From Candidatus Saccharimonadota bacterium (lineage in GTDB: Bacteria > Bacteroidota > Bacteroidia > Flavobacteriales > Blattabacteriaceae), in contig NZ_CP059199.1 in the NCBI RefSeq assembly GCF_014251775.1, positions 180,001-212,000 of the forward strand: DNA of 32,000 bases. The letters run 5' to 3'. A program made the translations under genes and the position numbers. Shown in pieces: positions 1 through 9,638 of this stretch; position 1 is the stretch's first letter; each line of letters opens with the position of its first letter. Below the pieces are notes generated by a model that worked only from the letters and a program-made list of their open reading frames with translations, was not told the DNA's origin and did no database searches.

Positions 1-866
1 TCTTTTAAATAACCTTTCTTTAATCCTTCTATTATTTCTAAAACACTTAAATCTCTCTTTTCTACTTTAATTTTTTCTCTTTCTGCTATAGAAAGTATGC
101 TTTTGCAAGTAATTCCATTTAATATGTTTTCATTAGGTTTTGGAGTAACTAATTTATTTTTTAACCAAAAAACTACATTCATAGTTCCTGACTCTTCTAT
201 TTTTGTATGAGTAGAAGAATCGGTCCAAAGAATTTGATCAAATCCTTCTTCATTTGCTAATCTAGTTGGATAAAAAGAAGAAGCATAATTTCCGGCAGCT
301 TTAGTAAATCCTACTCCTCCTGAAGCAGAACGACTATATTTCTCTTCTATTTTTATTTTTAAAGGATTTTTATAATAAGTATCTACTGGTGTAGATATTA
401 TCATAAACATATAATCTTTAGATGGTTTAGCAGAAAGAATTCCATTTGTTGCTATTAAAAACGGACGAATATATAAAGATTGTCCATAATTATTGGGAAT
501 CCAATCTCTATCTATATCTATTAATTTTTTTAATCCATTCATAAATATATCCTTGGGAAGGGGAGGCATTTCTAAACGAATAGCAGATTTATTAAATCTT
601 CTAAAATTATCTTCTGGACGAAATAAAAAAACTTTATTTTTTCTATCTTTATAAGCTTTCATTCCTTCAAAAACTGCCTGTCCATAATGAAATACTAAAG
701 AAATAGGAGATATCATTATATTTCCGAATGGTTTAATAACAGAGTTTTTCCATTTACCATTTTTAAATTCAGAACAAAACATGTGATCTGAATAAAAATT
801 TCCAAATTTAATTTTATCAAAATTAACTTTTTTTATCCTTGAATATGATATTTTTTTTATTTTCAT
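1..866 (-). CDS. ilvE: branched-chain amino acid aminotransferase (N-terminal ~288 codons; 3' end runs off the window)
   Basis: Absent from the ORF track because it is open at the window edge. Hand translation of the minus strand from the ATG (complement of 864-866) gives MKIKKISYSRIKKVNFDKIKFGNFYSDHMFCSEFKNGKWKNSVIKPFGNIMISPISLVFHYGQAVFEGMKAYKDRKNKVFLFRPEDNFRRFNKSAIRLEMPPLP. The frame is still open at the edge (...EIIEGLKKGYLK). The YGQxxFEGxKAY and FRPxxNxxRxxxSAxRLxMP blocks are typical of class IV BCAT. I translated only the first ~110 and last ~20 codons by hand. Confidence 0.85.
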   Translation of the reverse strand, partial: MKIKKISYSRIKKVNFDKIKFGNFYSDHMFCSEFKNGKWKNSVIKPFGNIMISPISLVFHYGQAVFEGMKAYKDRKNKVFLFRPEDNFRRFNKSAIRLEMPPLPKDIFMNGLKKLIDIDRDWIPNNYGQSLYIRPFLIATNGILSAKPSKDYMFMIISTPVDTYYKNPLKIKIEEKYSRSASGGVGFTKAAGNYASSFYPTRLANEEGFDQILWTDSSTHTKIEESGTMNVVFWLKNKLVTPKPNENILNGITCKSILSIAEREKIKVEKRDLSVLEIIEGLKKGYLK

Positions 867-898
867 ATATATTTTTTCATATATACATTAAAATATTA

Positions 899-906
899 CA
901 AATTTA
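899..906 (-). promoter_or_regulatory. candidate -7 promoter box (TAAATTTG) for ilvE
   Basis: The plus strand reads CAAATTTA, which is TAAATTTG on the minus strand, 32 nt upstream of the ilvE ATG. Confidence 0.3.
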
Positions 907-925
907 AATGAATGAAATAATTTAT

Positions 926-3361
926 TTATGAATTTTCATTCATCATTTCTAAAACTTTTTCTACAATATCTTCTATAGACGGTTTAGAAAAATAATCTCC
1001 ATCTGATCCATATGGGGGTCTATGTTCTTTAGCAGTTATTGTAACCGGAGGATAATCTAAATGATAATATCCTTTTTGACATTCTAATATATTTTGTAAT
1101 ATATACGCAGAAGCACCTCCAGGGACATCTTCATCTACTATTAATAATCTATTAGTTTTTTTTAAACTTTTTACTATATCTTTTTTTATATCAAACGGTA
1201 ATAAAGATTGAACATCAATAATTTCAGAATCTATATTAAATTTAGATAATTCTTTAACTGCATTATTTACAATTCTCCAGGTAGAACCATAAGTTACTAT
1301 CGTAATATCTTTACCTATTCTTGTTTTTTCTACTATTCCAATAGGAGTTTTAAAATTACCGAGATTACTCGGTAATATTTCTTTTATTCTATATCCATTA
1401 AGACATTCAATAACTAAAGCTGGATCATCTAAAGACAATAATGTATTATAAAAACCAGCTGCTTTAACCATATTTCTAGGAACTAATATTAAAATTCCTC
1501 TTAGATAATTAATAATTCCTCCCATAGGAGAACCAGAATGCCATATTCCTTCTAAGCGGTGCCCTCTGGTTCTAATAATTAATGGGGATTTTTGCCCCCC
1601 TCTTGTTCTATATTGTAAACATGCCAAATCATCACTAATAATTTGTAAAGCATAAAGAAGATAATCGACGTATTGTATTTCAACTATAGGACGTAATCCC
1701 CGCATAGCTAATCCGATCCCTTGTCCTATAATAGTAGATTCTCTTATTCCTGTATCAAAAACACGGGTTTTACCATATTTTTTTTGTAACCCTTCCAATC
1801 CTTTATTTACATCTCCCATTCTTCCAACATCTTCTCCAAAGATTAAAAGATCCGGATATAATTCTAATAATTTATCAAAATTATCTCTTAAAATAATTCT
1901 ACCGTCTACTTTTAATGATCTCCAATTATATATGGGAAAAACTTCATTCATTCTTTTCAATGAATGTTTAGAGCTACTATACAAATGTGAAGAATAATTT
2001 TTTTGTTCTTCTTGAGATTTTGTTTTTATCCAATTTTTTAATGACTTTATGGAAGTTGAATGAAAAGAATTTGAATTTATTTGATTTAATGAAAATAGTA
2101 TTTTTTTAGATGAACTAAATATTGATTTTTTAGTAATTAAATTTTTATGATATAAATCATTCATATAATTTTTTATCCAATTATAATTTGGATATTCTTC
2201 GTGTATATGTTTTATAATATTAAAAACTTCATATTTAATTTTATTAATAGATTTAATATAATTACTCCAAGCTTCTTTTTGTTTATTTTGTACATATTTT
2301 TTTGATTCTGTATCTATTTTATTTAGACGATAATCTCCATCAACTATTTTAGTTCCATTAAAATTAAATTTTAAAATCCAATCTCTAAATTTTTTTATTC
2401 CATCATTTTCTTTTTCCCATTCTAATCTTTTCTTTGATTTATATCTTTCATGTGATGAAGAAGTTGAATGACCTTGAGGTTGAGTTAAATTAGTAACATG
2501 TATAATTACTGGAACATATTCATAACGAGCTATTCTATTGGCTTTAATATATGTTTTTATAAGATTTATATAATCATATCCGTTTACTTGAAAAATTTCA
2601 ATTCCTTTTTCTGTATTATTCCTACAAAATCCCTGCAAAAGATCACTAATATTTTTTTTTGAAAAATGATATTTATTAGGGACTGATATCCCGTATTCAT
2701 CATCCCATATTGATAATATAATAGGAATTTGTAATACTGAAGCAGCATTTATTGTTTCCCAAAATAATCCTTCAGATATACTTGCGTTACCAATAGTACC
2801 AAATGCCACTTCATTCCCATTTTTAGAAAATTTTTTATGACTATTTTTTAAAGTATTTAATTCTCTATAAATTTTTGATGCTTGAGCTAATCCTAATAAT
2901 CTAGGCATTTGAGATGCTGTACATGAAATATCTGCACTAGAATTTTTTAGTTCAGAAAGATCTTGGAAAGATCCATTTTTATCTAAAAAACGGGTTCCAA
3001 AATGAGAAGTCATCATTCTTCCAGAAGATGTAGGTTCTGCTTTTAAATTTGAATGTGCATATAATTGTGAAAAAAAACTTTTTACTGTCAATGCTCCAAT
3101 CGCCAACATAAAAGTTTGATCTCGATAATATCCAGAACGAAAATCACCATTTTTAAATATTTTAGACATAGCTAACTGAGGAATTTCTTTTCCATCACCA
3201 AATATTCCAAATTTTGCTTTACCATTTAAAACTTCTCTTCTTCCTAAAATACTAATCTCTCTACTAATTCTAGCTAATTTATAGTCATCTAATATCATCT
3301 TTTTAAATGATTTAAAAGATTTTTCATTAGTGATGAAATCAGAAAAATTTTTTTTATTCAT
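926..3361 (-). CDS. 2-oxoacid (branched-chain-type) dehydrogenase E1 component, fused alpha/beta subunits, 811 aa
   Basis: The N-terminal half has a TPP-binding E1-alpha signature (GTIGNASISEGLFWETINAASVLQIPIILSIWDDEYGISVP). The C-terminal half (LLIFGEDVGRMGDVNKGLEGLQKKYGKTRVFDTGIRESTIIGQGIGLAMRGLRPIVEIQY) aligns by eye with the stand-alone E1-beta at 8657-9637. Fused ~800-aa E1 proteins are a known Bacteroidota architecture. The exact substrate is not determinable here. Confidence 0.85.
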   Translation of the reverse strand: MNKKNFSDFITNEKSFKSFKKMILDDYKLARISREISILGRREVLNGKAKFGIFGDGKEIPQLAMSKIFKNGDFRSGYYRDQTFMLAIGALTVKSFFSQLYAHSNLKAEPTSSGRMMTSHFGTRFLDKNGSFQDLSELKNSSADISCTASQMPRLLGLAQASKIYRELNTLKNSHKKFSKNGNEVAFGTIGNASISEGLFWETINAASVLQIPIILSIWDDEYGISVPNKYHFSKKNISDLLQGFCRNNTEKGIEIFQVNGYDYINLIKTYIKANRIARYEYVPVIIHVTNLTQPQGHSTSSSHERYKSKKRLEWEKENDGIKKFRDWILKFNFNGTKIVDGDYRLNKIDTESKKYVQNKQKEAWSNYIKSINKIKYEVFNIIKHIHEEYPNYNWIKNYMNDLYHKNLITKKSIFSSSKKILFSLNQINSNSFHSTSIKSLKNWIKTKSQEEQKNYSSHLYSSSKHSLKRMNEVFPIYNWRSLKVDGRIILRDNFDKLLELYPDLLIFGEDVGRMGDVNKGLEGLQKKYGKTRVFDTGIRESTIIGQGIGLAMRGLRPIVEIQYVDYLLYALQIISDDLACLQYRTRGGQKSPLIIRTRGHRLEGIWHSGSPMGGIINYLRGILILVPRNMVKAAGFYNTLLSLDDPALVIECLNGYRIKEILPSNLGNFKTPIGIVEKTRIGKDITIVTYGSTWRIVNNAVKELSKFNIDSEIIDVQSLLPFDIKKDIVKSLKKTNRLLIVDEDVPGGASAYILQNILECQKGYYHLDYPPVTITAKEHRPPYGSDGDYFSKPSIEDIVEKVLEMMNENS

Positions 3362-3416
3362 ATTTTATTTTAAAAGATATAAAAAAACATAATTTTCATT
3401 TATAAATTTCTTTTTA

Positions 3417-3424
3417 TAATTTTG
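3417..3424 (+). promoter_or_regulatory. candidate -7 promoter box (TAATTTTG) for ndk-lemA-TPM
   Basis: Matches TAnnTTTG, 28 nt upstream of the ndk ATG. Confidence 0.3.
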
Positions 3425-3452
3425 AAAAATTATTATATTAATAATATGTAAT

Positions 3453-3890
3453 ATGGCCAAAATAGATATTTTTCCTGGAAATTTTACTCTTTCTATTATA
3501 AAACCAGATGCAATTGAAAACGGATATATATCTAATATTTTAATTAAAATAATGGATGATGGATTTAAAATAACAGCCATTAAAACTATTACTAGTTCTA
3601 AAAAATCAATGATAAAGTTTTATGAAATACATGAGAAGAAATCATTTTTCAATTCTTTAATAAATTTTATGTCTTCCGCTCCAATAATTCCTATGATTTT
3701 AAAAAAAAAAAATGCAGTAAAAGATTTCAGAAAATTAATAGGAAATACAAATCCATTAATTGCTAAAAAAGGAACAATAAGAAATTTATATGCAACTTCC
3801 TTAGAAAAGAATGCTATTCACGGATCTGATAATAATAGTAATGCTATAAGAGAATGTAAGTTCTTTTTTCCAAATCTATTATCTTTATAA
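3453..3890 (+). CDS. ndk: nucleoside diphosphate kinase
   Basis: 145 aa. LSIIKPDA N-terminal motif and NAIHGSD containing the catalytic His. Size is typical of NDK. Confidence 0.9.
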   Translation: MAKIDIFPGNFTLSIIKPDAIENGYISNILIKIMDDGFKITAIKTITSSKKSMIKFYEIHEKKSFFNSLINFMSSAPIIPMILKKKNAVKDFRKLIGNTNPLIAKKGTIRNLYATSLEKNAIHGSDNNSNAIRECKFFFPNLLSL

Positions 3891-3916
3891 AAATAATAGA
3901 TTGATAATTATGAAAT

Positions 3917-4510
3917 ATGAAAAAAATTTTTATTTATATATTAATAATATTATTTATAACTGGATTATGGGGGATTAACATATATAATAATTTAATACAA
4001 TTAGATCAAAAAATAAAAACTCAATGGAGTCAAATTGAAAGTGTTTATCAAAGGAGATCAGACTTAATTCCAAATTTAGTCAATACAGTAAAAGGATCAG
4101 CATTATTCGAAAATCAAACATTAAATCAAATAGTAGAAGCTAGATCACGAGCAAGCTCTGTCCATTTAGATTCAAATAATCTAAATCAAAATCAGATAGA
4201 TAAATTTCAAAAAACACAAGAATACTTAAATAATTATGTAGGAAAATTATTAATAGTAGTAGAGAATTATCCAAATATTAAATCTACAGAGAATTTTTAT
4301 GAATTACAAAATCAATTAGAGGGAACCGAAAATAGGATTAATGTTGAAAGATACAAATTTAATGAAGAAGTAAACAATTTTAATTCTTATAGAAATCAAT
4401 TTCCAATAATTATTATTGCAAATTTTTTTGAAAAATTTCAAGAAAAAGGATATTTCAAAATCCAAAAAGAATCTAAAAATAACCCTAAAGTTGATTTTTC
4501 ATTATATTAA
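3917..4510 (+). CDS. lemA: LemA family membrane protein
   Basis: 197 aa. N-terminal TM helix (IFIYILIILFITGLWGI) followed by the LemA block WSQIESVYQRRSDLIPNLVNTVKG and the later ELQNQLEGTENRINVERYKFNEEV. Confidence 0.85.
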   Translation: MKKIFIYILIILFITGLWGINIYNNLIQLDQKIKTQWSQIESVYQRRSDLIPNLVNTVKGSALFENQTLNQIVEARSRASSVHLDSNNLNQNQIDKFQKTQEYLNNYVGKLLIVVENYPNIKSTENFYELQNQLEGTENRINVERYKFNEEVNNFNSYRNQFPIIIIANFFEKFQEKGYFKIQKESKNNPKVDFSLY

Positions 4511-4525
4511 AACGATTTTCATAAA

Positions 4526-5272
4526 ATGAAAAAAATCTTATTTATATTTTTTTTATTCTTTATTGCCAATTCTATTACTCTTTCATCATTAAAAGCAAAA
4601 AATTTCATAGTTCCCGATCCACCTACTAAAATATATCCCATTCAAGATTACGCAAATGTATTATCAAAAACAGAAATAACTAATCTTAATAAAAAATTGA
4701 TATCGTTTTCTAATAAAAATTATGCAAAAATTTTAATATGTATAATTAATAGTAATCATAATAATAATCAAAATTTTATAACCCAACAATGGGGCGAAAA
4801 ATGGGGAATTGGGGATTTTCATAAAAATAACGGAATTATTGTACTTATTTCTATAGGAGATCGAAAAATATCTATTCAAAATGGCTATGGAATAGAACCT
4901 TTTGTAACTGATTTTCAGTCGGCAAAAATTATAGAAAAGATGAAACCATTTCTAAGAAAAAATCTTTTTTATAAATCTATAAATATTTGTACAGACGAAA
5001 TTTCTAAAATATTAGAAAAAAAAATTGAAAAAGAAAACTTTAAAAAAAAAGAATATTTTTCTATTATACATTTATTATCATTAATTTTTATCATTATAAT
5101 GATTTTTTATATTTCTTTAATAGGGGATAATAATTCCTTATTATTATTTAATCCATTTATATTTACAAATATATTTTTTAGAGATAATAAAAATTTAGAA
5201 GATGATGATACTTTTGAAGGTTTTGGAAATGGAGGAGATTTTGGAGGAGGTGGTAGTGAAAGTAGTTGGTAA
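4526..5272 (+). CDS. TPM-domain (YgcG-like) membrane protein
   Basis: 248 aa. Signal-peptide-like N-terminus, then a TPM core (IQDYANVLSKTEITNLNKKL ... NNGIIVLISIGDRKISIQNGYGIEPFVTD). A TM helix follows (IIHLLSLIFIIIMIFYISLI), then a glycine-rich tail (GFGNGGDFGGGGSESSW) typical of YgcG-like proteins. It lies 15 nt downstream of lemA, the usual pairing. Confidence 0.8.
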   Translation: MKKILFIFFLFFIANSITLSSLKAKNFIVPDPPTKIYPIQDYANVLSKTEITNLNKKLISFSNKNYAKILICIINSNHNNNQNFITQQWGEKWGIGDFHKNNGIIVLISIGDRKISIQNGYGIEPFVTDFQSAKIIEKMKPFLRKNLFYKSINICTDEISKILEKKIEKENFKKKEYFSIIHLLSLIFIIIMIFYISLIGDNNSLLLFNPFIFTNIFFRDNKNLEDDDTFEGFGNGGDFGGGGSESSW

Positions 5273-5276
5273 TTTT

Positions 5277-7961
5277 TTATTGATTCTTTAAATATTTTAA
5301 ATATTCTTTAAAAGAACGAATTTTATTAATGGTATCTATTTTTTTCTTTCTTTCTTTAGATAGAATCTTATCGGGTACAAAAGATCTATATTTTTCATTA
5401 TTTAAATTTTTATTAATTATAGATAACAATTTATTTAAATACTTAATTTTTTTTTCAACAGATATTATACTACTGTTTTTTTTTTCAATAAAAAAATTTT
5501 TATTTTTTGAATCCAAAGATAAAAAAAATTTTTCTGTACCTATTAAAAAAAAAGAAAAAAATGATAATTTATCAATTTTATACTGATCCGAAATTAAAAT
5601 TATATTTGATATATTAACTAATTTTGATAAAATTTTACTATATTCTTTTCTTTCTTTTTTCATAGAAAATAATATAAGATTAAAGGAATTTGATATGTTA
5701 TTTTCATTTCTTATATTACGTATTTTAGTTATTATTTGAATAATTCTTTCAAAAGAATAAATTATATTAATATCATATTTTTTCATCTTAGGCCATGAAG
5801 ATATCATTATAGAATCTTTTGATTTTCTATTTCTTAATAACCCCCAAACTTTTTCTGAAATAAAAGGAATGTATGGATGTAATAATTTTAGAATATTTTC
5901 GTAATTTTTAATTACAGAATAATAAATATTTTTAGGGATATATTTTTTATTTATAGTTACAGTTTTCATTATTTCAAGAAAAATTGAACAAAAGTCATTC
6001 CAAAAAAATTTATATAAAATCATTAATGATTCATCTAATTTATATTCTTTAATTTTATTTTCAACATATTCTAATACATAATAAAAACGATTTTCTATCC
6101 ATTTAATAGTAATATTAATATAATCGTAAATATATTCATTAGTTAACTCATTGACCACCATTGTTTTCCATTTTTTAATTAAACGAAAAGAATTCCAAAT
6201 TTTATTAGATAAGTTCCTACCTTGAATACAAGTCTTATCATCAAAATTAATATCTTTTCCAGCAATAGTTTTAATCATTACACCAAACCTAACTGCATCT
6301 GCTCCATATTCACTAATTAATTTTGTACAATTAGGAGAATTTTTTAATGATTTTGATATTTTTTTATTGTTATAATCTCTAACAATTCCAGTAAAAAAAA
6401 CATTTTTAAAAGGTTTTTCTTCTCTAAAAAAAAATCCAGATATGATCATTTTTGCCACCCAAAAAAATAAAATATCAGAACCAGTAATTAAATTTTCTGT
6501 AGGATAATAATAAGATATTTCTGGATTATTAGGGGATTTAATTCCATCAAAAATTGATAAAGGGAGTAACCATGAGGAAAACCAAGTATCTAAAACGTCT
6601 GGATCTTGTTTTAGATCATTATAAGTTAATTGATCATTATTAATTTTTTTTTTAGCTTTATTTAAGGCATCTTTTATATTTTCTGCAACTACAAAATCAT
6701 TAATTTTTTTTCCATAATAATATACTGGAATTCTATGCCCCCACCATAACTGTCTAGATATATTCCAATCATGAATTTTATTCATCCATTGAAAATAAAT
6801 ATTTTTAATTTTTTTTGGATAAAATTTAATTTTTTCTTTTTTTATTGCTTCTATAGCTGGTATAGCCAAATCTTTCATTTTAATAAACCATTGTATAGAT
6901 GGAATACATTCAATTATTGATAATGTTCGTTCAGAAAATCCGACTCTATGATCAATTTTTTCTATTTTTTTTAGAAGATTTAATTTTTTTAATTCTTTAA
7001 TTATTTTTTTTCTCGATTCGAATCGATCCATATTTTTATAATGAAATCCATTTTCATTAATGGTTCCATCTTCATTAAAAATATTTATCATTTCTAATTG
7101 ATATTTATCTGCGATTTTCTTATCGTATATATCATGAGCTGGAGTAATTTTAAAACAGCCTGTTCCTAAATTAGGATCTGTATATGAATCTTGTATTACT
7201 GGAATAATTTTATTAGTTATTGGAACTATTACATTTTTTCCTTTTAAAGAATAAAAACGTTCATCATTGGGATGAAAACAAATAGCAGTATCTCCAAATA
7301 TTGTTTCAGGTCTTGTAGTAGCTACAGTAATAAAATTATTTTCATCTTCTATCTTATATTTTATATAATAAAGATTTCCTACTACATTTTTATAAATCAC
7401 TTCTTCATCAGAGATAGTAGTTTTTGCTTTTGTATCCCAATTAACTACATGATATCCTCTATATATATATCCTTTTTTATATAAAAAAATAAAAGATTTT
7501 ATAACAGATTCATATAGTTTTTCATCCATTGTAAATTGTAAACGTTTCCAGTCGCAAGAACATCCTAATTGTTTAATTTGATTAATGATAATTTCTTTGT
7601 GGGTTTTAGTCCATTGTAATACATGATTTATAAATTTTTTTCTTCCTAATCTAAATTTAGATAGTCCCTTTTCTTTTAATTTTTCTACTACTTTTGCTTC
7701 TGTAGCAATAGAAGCATGATCCAATCCTGGTATCCAACAAGTATTATAGCCATTCATTCTAGCATATCTAATTAAAACATCTTGTATTGTATTATTTAAT
7801 ACATGTCCGATATGTAGAACTCCAGTAACATTTGGAGGTGGCATTATAATCGCATAAGGAATTCTATTATCTGGATAAGAAGAAAAATAATCTTCATTTT
7901 CCCATTTTTTATATATTTCTTTTTCAATAAATTTATGATCATATTTAATTGGAATATCCAT
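5277..7961 (-). CDS. valS: valyl-tRNA synthetase
   Basis: 894 aa class I aaRS. HIGH motif (PPPNVTGVLHIGHVLN), KMSKS variant (KISKSLKN) and a C-terminal coiled-coil tail typical of ValRS. Confidence 0.95.
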   Translation of the reverse strand: MDIPIKYDHKFIEKEIYKKWENEDYFSSYPDNRIPYAIIMPPPNVTGVLHIGHVLNNTIQDVLIRYARMNGYNTCWIPGLDHASIATEAKVVEKLKEKGLSKFRLGRKKFINHVLQWTKTHKEIIINQIKQLGCSCDWKRLQFTMDEKLYESVIKSFIFLYKKGYIYRGYHVVNWDTKAKTTISDEEVIYKNVVGNLYYIKYKIEDENNFITVATTRPETIFGDTAICFHPNDERFYSLKGKNVIVPITNKIIPVIQDSYTDPNLGTGCFKITPAHDIYDKKIADKYQLEMINIFNEDGTINENGFHYKNMDRFESRKKIIKELKKLNLLKKIEKIDHRVGFSERTLSIIECIPSIQWFIKMKDLAIPAIEAIKKEKIKFYPKKIKNIYFQWMNKIHDWNISRQLWWGHRIPVYYYGKKINDFVVAENIKDALNKAKKKINNDQLTYNDLKQDPDVLDTWFSSWLLPLSIFDGIKSPNNPEISYYYPTENLITGSDILFFWVAKMIISGFFFREEKPFKNVFFTGIVRDYNNKKISKSLKNSPNCTKLISEYGADAVRFGVMIKTIAGKDINFDDKTCIQGRNLSNKIWNSFRLIKKWKTMVVNELTNEYIYDYINITIKWIENRFYYVLEYVENKIKEYKLDESLMILYKFFWNDFCSIFLEIMKTVTINKKYIPKNIYYSVIKNYENILKLLHPYIPFISEKVWGLLRNRKSKDSIMISSWPKMKKYDINIIYSFERIIQIITKIRNIRNENNISNSFNLILFSMKKERKEYSKILSKLVNISNIILISDQYKIDKLSFFSFFLIGTEKFFLSLDSKNKNFFIEKKNSSIISVEKKIKYLNKLLSIINKNLNNEKYRSFVPDKILSKERKKKIDTINKIRSFKEYLKYLKNQ

Positions 7962-7992
7962 AATATTTAATTTTTAAAACTAATAAAAAATA

Positions 7993-8502
7993 ATGAAAAT
8001 AATACTAGTTGCTTCGGTTTCCAAGAATGGTTTTATAGGTAAAAATAATAATTTAATGTGGCATTTACCCAATGATTTAAAAAGATTCAAACAATTAACT
8101 TTAGGAGGAACAATTATCATGGGAAGAAAAACTTTTGAATCAATTGGAAAAATACTTCCGGAAAGATTAAACATTGTATTGACAAAATATAACTTATCAA
8201 AAATAAAAAATAAAATAAAAAATGAAAAAAATATTAAAATAATTTCTTCTTTGAAAGATATTAATCAATTATCTTATAAAAAAATATTTATAATTGGTGG
8301 TGAACAAATATACAATAAAATGATAAAAAAAGCAGATGAAATAGAGTTAACATTAATTCATAAAAACTTTTATGGAGATAAAAAATTTCCAAAAATAGAT
8401 TTTAAAATCTGGAAAAAAGTAAAGGAAATTATATGTTACAAAGATAATGATCATTTATACAATTATAGTTTTATAAAATTAGTAAAAAATAAAGTTATAT
8501 AA
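7993..8502 (+). CDS. folA: dihydrofolate reductase
   Basis: 169 aa. IGKNNNLMWHLPNDLKRFKQLTLGGTIIMGRKTFESIG and IIGGEQIY match type I DHFR signatures. Confidence 0.9.
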   Translation: MKIILVASVSKNGFIGKNNNLMWHLPNDLKRFKQLTLGGTIIMGRKTFESIGKILPERLNIVLTKYNLSKIKNKIKNEKNIKIISSLKDINQLSYKKIFIIGGEQIYNKMIKKADEIELTLIHKNFYGDKKFPKIDFKIWKKVKEIICYKDNDHLYNYSFIKLVKNKVI

Positions 8503-8656
8503 CATATTTTAACTGATTTTTTTCTTTTAAAGATAAAGTCTAATCTTAATCAAATATAATTTCATTACTTTATTCAAAAATCGAATTAAAAATTTTAATT
8601 GATTCATTTTCTTTAATTATTTGAACTAAATTATATTCCATTTATAAAAAAATTGT

Positions 8657-9637
8657 ATGAAAGAAAAAACTTTTCGAGAAGTTATAGCAGAAGCTATGAG
8701 TGAAGAAATGAGAAGAGATAATACTATTTATCTAATGGGAGAAGAAGTAGCTGAATACAATGGTGCTTATAAAGCTTCAAAAGGAATGTTGGAAGAATTT
8801 GGAAAAAAAAGAGTTATAGATACTCCTATATCAGAATTAGGATTTGCTGGAATAGGAATAGGTTCTGCAATGAACGGATGTAGACCCATTATAGAGTTCA
8901 TGACTTTTAATTTTTCATTATTAGCTATGGATCAAATTATCAATAATGCAGCTAAAATTCGTTATATGAGTGGTGGACAATGGAATATTCCTATTGTTTT
9001 TAGAGGTCCTACTGGATTTGCTGGACAATTAGGAGCTACACATTCACAATCTTTTGAAAGTTGGTTTTCGAATTGTCCTGGATTAAAAGTAGTTATTCCA
9101 TGTAATCCTTATGATGCAAAAGGACTATTAAAATCTTCTATAAGAGATAATAATCCAGTAATTTTTATGGAATCTGAACAAATGTATGGAGATAAAATGA
9201 TTATACCAGATAAAGAATATTTATTACCTATTGGTAAAGCAGATATAAAAAGAAAAGGATCAGATGTAAGTTTAGTTTCTTTTGGTAAAATTATAAAAAT
9301 CGCTTTAAATGTTGCAAAAAAATTGTATCAAGAAAATATTAGCGTAGAAATAATAGATCTTCGAACAGTACGCCCTATTGATTATAAATTAATACTTTCT
9401 TCTGTAAAGAAGACTAATCGTTTAGTTATTTTAGAAGAATCATGGCCATTTTCTTCAATTGGATCTGAAATATCATATTTTATACAAAAAAATGCATTTG
9501 ATTATCTTGATGCCCCTATAAGAAAAATAACTGTATTAGACACTCCTGCTCCTTACGCATCAAATTTAATTAAAATATGGTATCCAGATGAAAAAAAAAT
9601 AATAAATTCTATAAAAAAGACTCTTTATATAAAATAA
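8657..9637 (+). CDS. pdhB: pyruvate dehydrogenase E1 component, beta subunit
   Basis: 326 aa. MTFREAIxxAMxEEM-like N-terminus (KTFREVIAEAMSEEMRRD), GEEVAEYNGAYKASKGMLEEFG and VIDTPISELGFAGIGIGSAMNG. There is no adjacent alpha-subunit gene in the window. Confidence 0.9.
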   Translation: MKEKTFREVIAEAMSEEMRRDNTIYLMGEEVAEYNGAYKASKGMLEEFGKKRVIDTPISELGFAGIGIGSAMNGCRPIIEFMTFNFSLLAMDQIINNAAKIRYMSGGQWNIPIVFRGPTGFAGQLGATHSQSFESWFSNCPGLKVVIPCNPYDAKGLLKSSIRDNNPVIFMESEQMYGDKMIIPDKEYLLPIGKADIKRKGSDVSLVSFGKIIKIALNVAKKLYQENISVEIIDLRTVRPIDYKLILSSVKKTNRLVILEESWPFSSIGSEISYFIQKNAFDYLDAPIRKITVLDTPAPYASNLIKIWYPDEKKIINSIKKTLYIK

Positions 9638-9638
9638 A

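Noticed and set aside
3365-3580. 71-aa minus-strand ORF from the track, overlapping the ndk start region
   Set aside because: It is antisense to ndk, hydrophobic low-complexity sequence (I/L/F/K) and has no recognisable motif. This is the typical shadow ORF of AT-rich DNA.
5329-5586. 85-aa plus-strand ORF inside valS
   Set aside because: It lies entirely antisense within the well-supported valS CDS. It is an F/L/K-rich shadow ORF.
7272-7484. 70-aa plus-strand ORF inside valS
   Set aside because: It is antisense to valS with no motifs. Its composition is simply the complement of lysine- and asparagine-rich coding sequence.
7980-8174. 64-aa minus-strand ORF overlapping the folA 5' end
   Set aside because: It is antisense to folA, which has clear DHFR motifs. 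A second gene here is not credible.
8551-8558. Exact TATATTTG on the minus strand in the folA-pdhB spacer
   Set aside because: It points antisense into the 3' end of folA, with no minus-strand gene to serve. I recorded it as a counter-example to the promoter-motif enrichment, not as a promoter. A similar loose match lies at 13806-13813 (minus strand).
8584-8600. 17-nt palindrome AATTAAAA-A-TTTTAATT in the folA-pdhB spacer
   Set aside because: It is pure A/T and very low in stability. Such palindromes are expected by chance at this base composition.
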